Source: Fimbriosthenelais zetlandica
Taxonomy: Eukaryota
Direction: 5' to 3'
Length of the DNA: 64,000 nucleotides
Assembly: GCA_977030845.1 (NCBI GenBank)
Contig: OZ365110.1
Span: 46,438,001 to 46,502,000, forward strand
A model generated the notes under the pieces. It was not told where the DNA came from and searched no databases. It worked only from the letters and a program-made list of their open reading frames with translations. A program made the translations under genes and the position numbers. Below, in pieces: positions 63,252 through 64,000 of the stretch (position 1 is the first letter of the stretch; the number at the start of each line of letters is the position of its first letter).

Positions 63252-64000
63252 CTGCAAAAACGGACTTTACAGGTGTCTTTGATTGGCCCTTTGCTTCCTT
63301 GTTCGACCTTTACATGTCTTTTGATTAGCCCTTAACTTCCCAGTTCGATCTCAGGATTATGCCCCCAATATACATACCAGAGGTCAAAATTTGCTCAATA
63401 TCCGGATGTGAAAAACTGGCCGAAAGTTAAGACCTTAGTGGATCTAAGTCTAATTCTTAACATGCAGAGTCCTATCAGCTCAGAACCTCTTCAGTTGTAA
63501 TGAGGAACGTTATAGAAGTCCACTGGTCTTCAGTTCCCACGAACAGAACAAAAACATCTCAAATGACAACTGCCGGTATTGCCCATTTTCTTACCTTACC
63601 TTCTTTCCTTACCTTTATTCCATTAAAAAGAAAGCCAACACTATAAAGAGTCTAGCAATCCCATGACCTCCATTTCCTATTGATAGGAGTATTATATCCC
63701 AATCCTCCATAGAATGACTTCTCAAGTGAATGTGCATGTGGTAAATGAGGAAAGCATTATAGTATTATAGTTAAAAGAATGCTAAGCATTTAAGTTTTGG
63801 GTATGTGGGATGGATGTAATTGAAGGAAATCCACCAAATGTTTTAGCATTGGGTTTCAAAAGAGGATAAGTGAATAAATATAACCCGATATACACAACTA
63901 TAGAATATGCTTAGTTCCCAGATTTCATGGCAGGCTACATCCCAACTGACACCTAAACAGCTCTAGGATTCGTATAGTTTGACTTCAAGTGCAATTCAGC

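Noticed and set aside
1-64000. tRNA, rRNA, tRNA-derived SINE, intact transposase or retroelement ORF
   Set aside because: No box A/box B pair, cloverleaf, rRNA signature or long ORF was found by manual reading.

Overview
This is AT-rich eukaryotic (metazoan) genomic DNA, mostly intronic or intergenic. Frequent TAGGCCTA/TACATGTA motifs, GGCGGATCCAG-type elements and TTAA-flanked elements suggest an echinoderm-like marine invertebrate, but that is inference only. There is no long ORF, rRNA, recognisable tRNA, CRISPR array or intact transposase/RT, and almost all of the 60-180 aa ORFs in the supplied track look like chance or low-complexity reads. The best-supported coding signals are (i) a + strand 137-nt exon (39946-40082) encoding the start of an immunoglobulin-like domain and (ii) a - strand 298-nt open exon (25558-25855) of unknown identity. 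Between them is a CpG-rich promoter-like segment with an RFX X-box and a YY1 site (about 29.9 kb), possibly a head-to-head promoter. A chain of three phase-compatible - strand exon candidates (63.2, 61.1, 51.1 kb) gives a weakly MFS-like peptide. The clearest non-coding structures are a 3.07-kb CMC/EnSpm(CACTA)-like non-autonomous transposon with inverted 23-bp subterminal arrays (42773-45844), a 994-bp Tc1/mariner-type MITE (57836-58829), several small MITEs, tandem duplications and many CT/GA microsatellites. All gene models are manual splice-site readings and are unverified.
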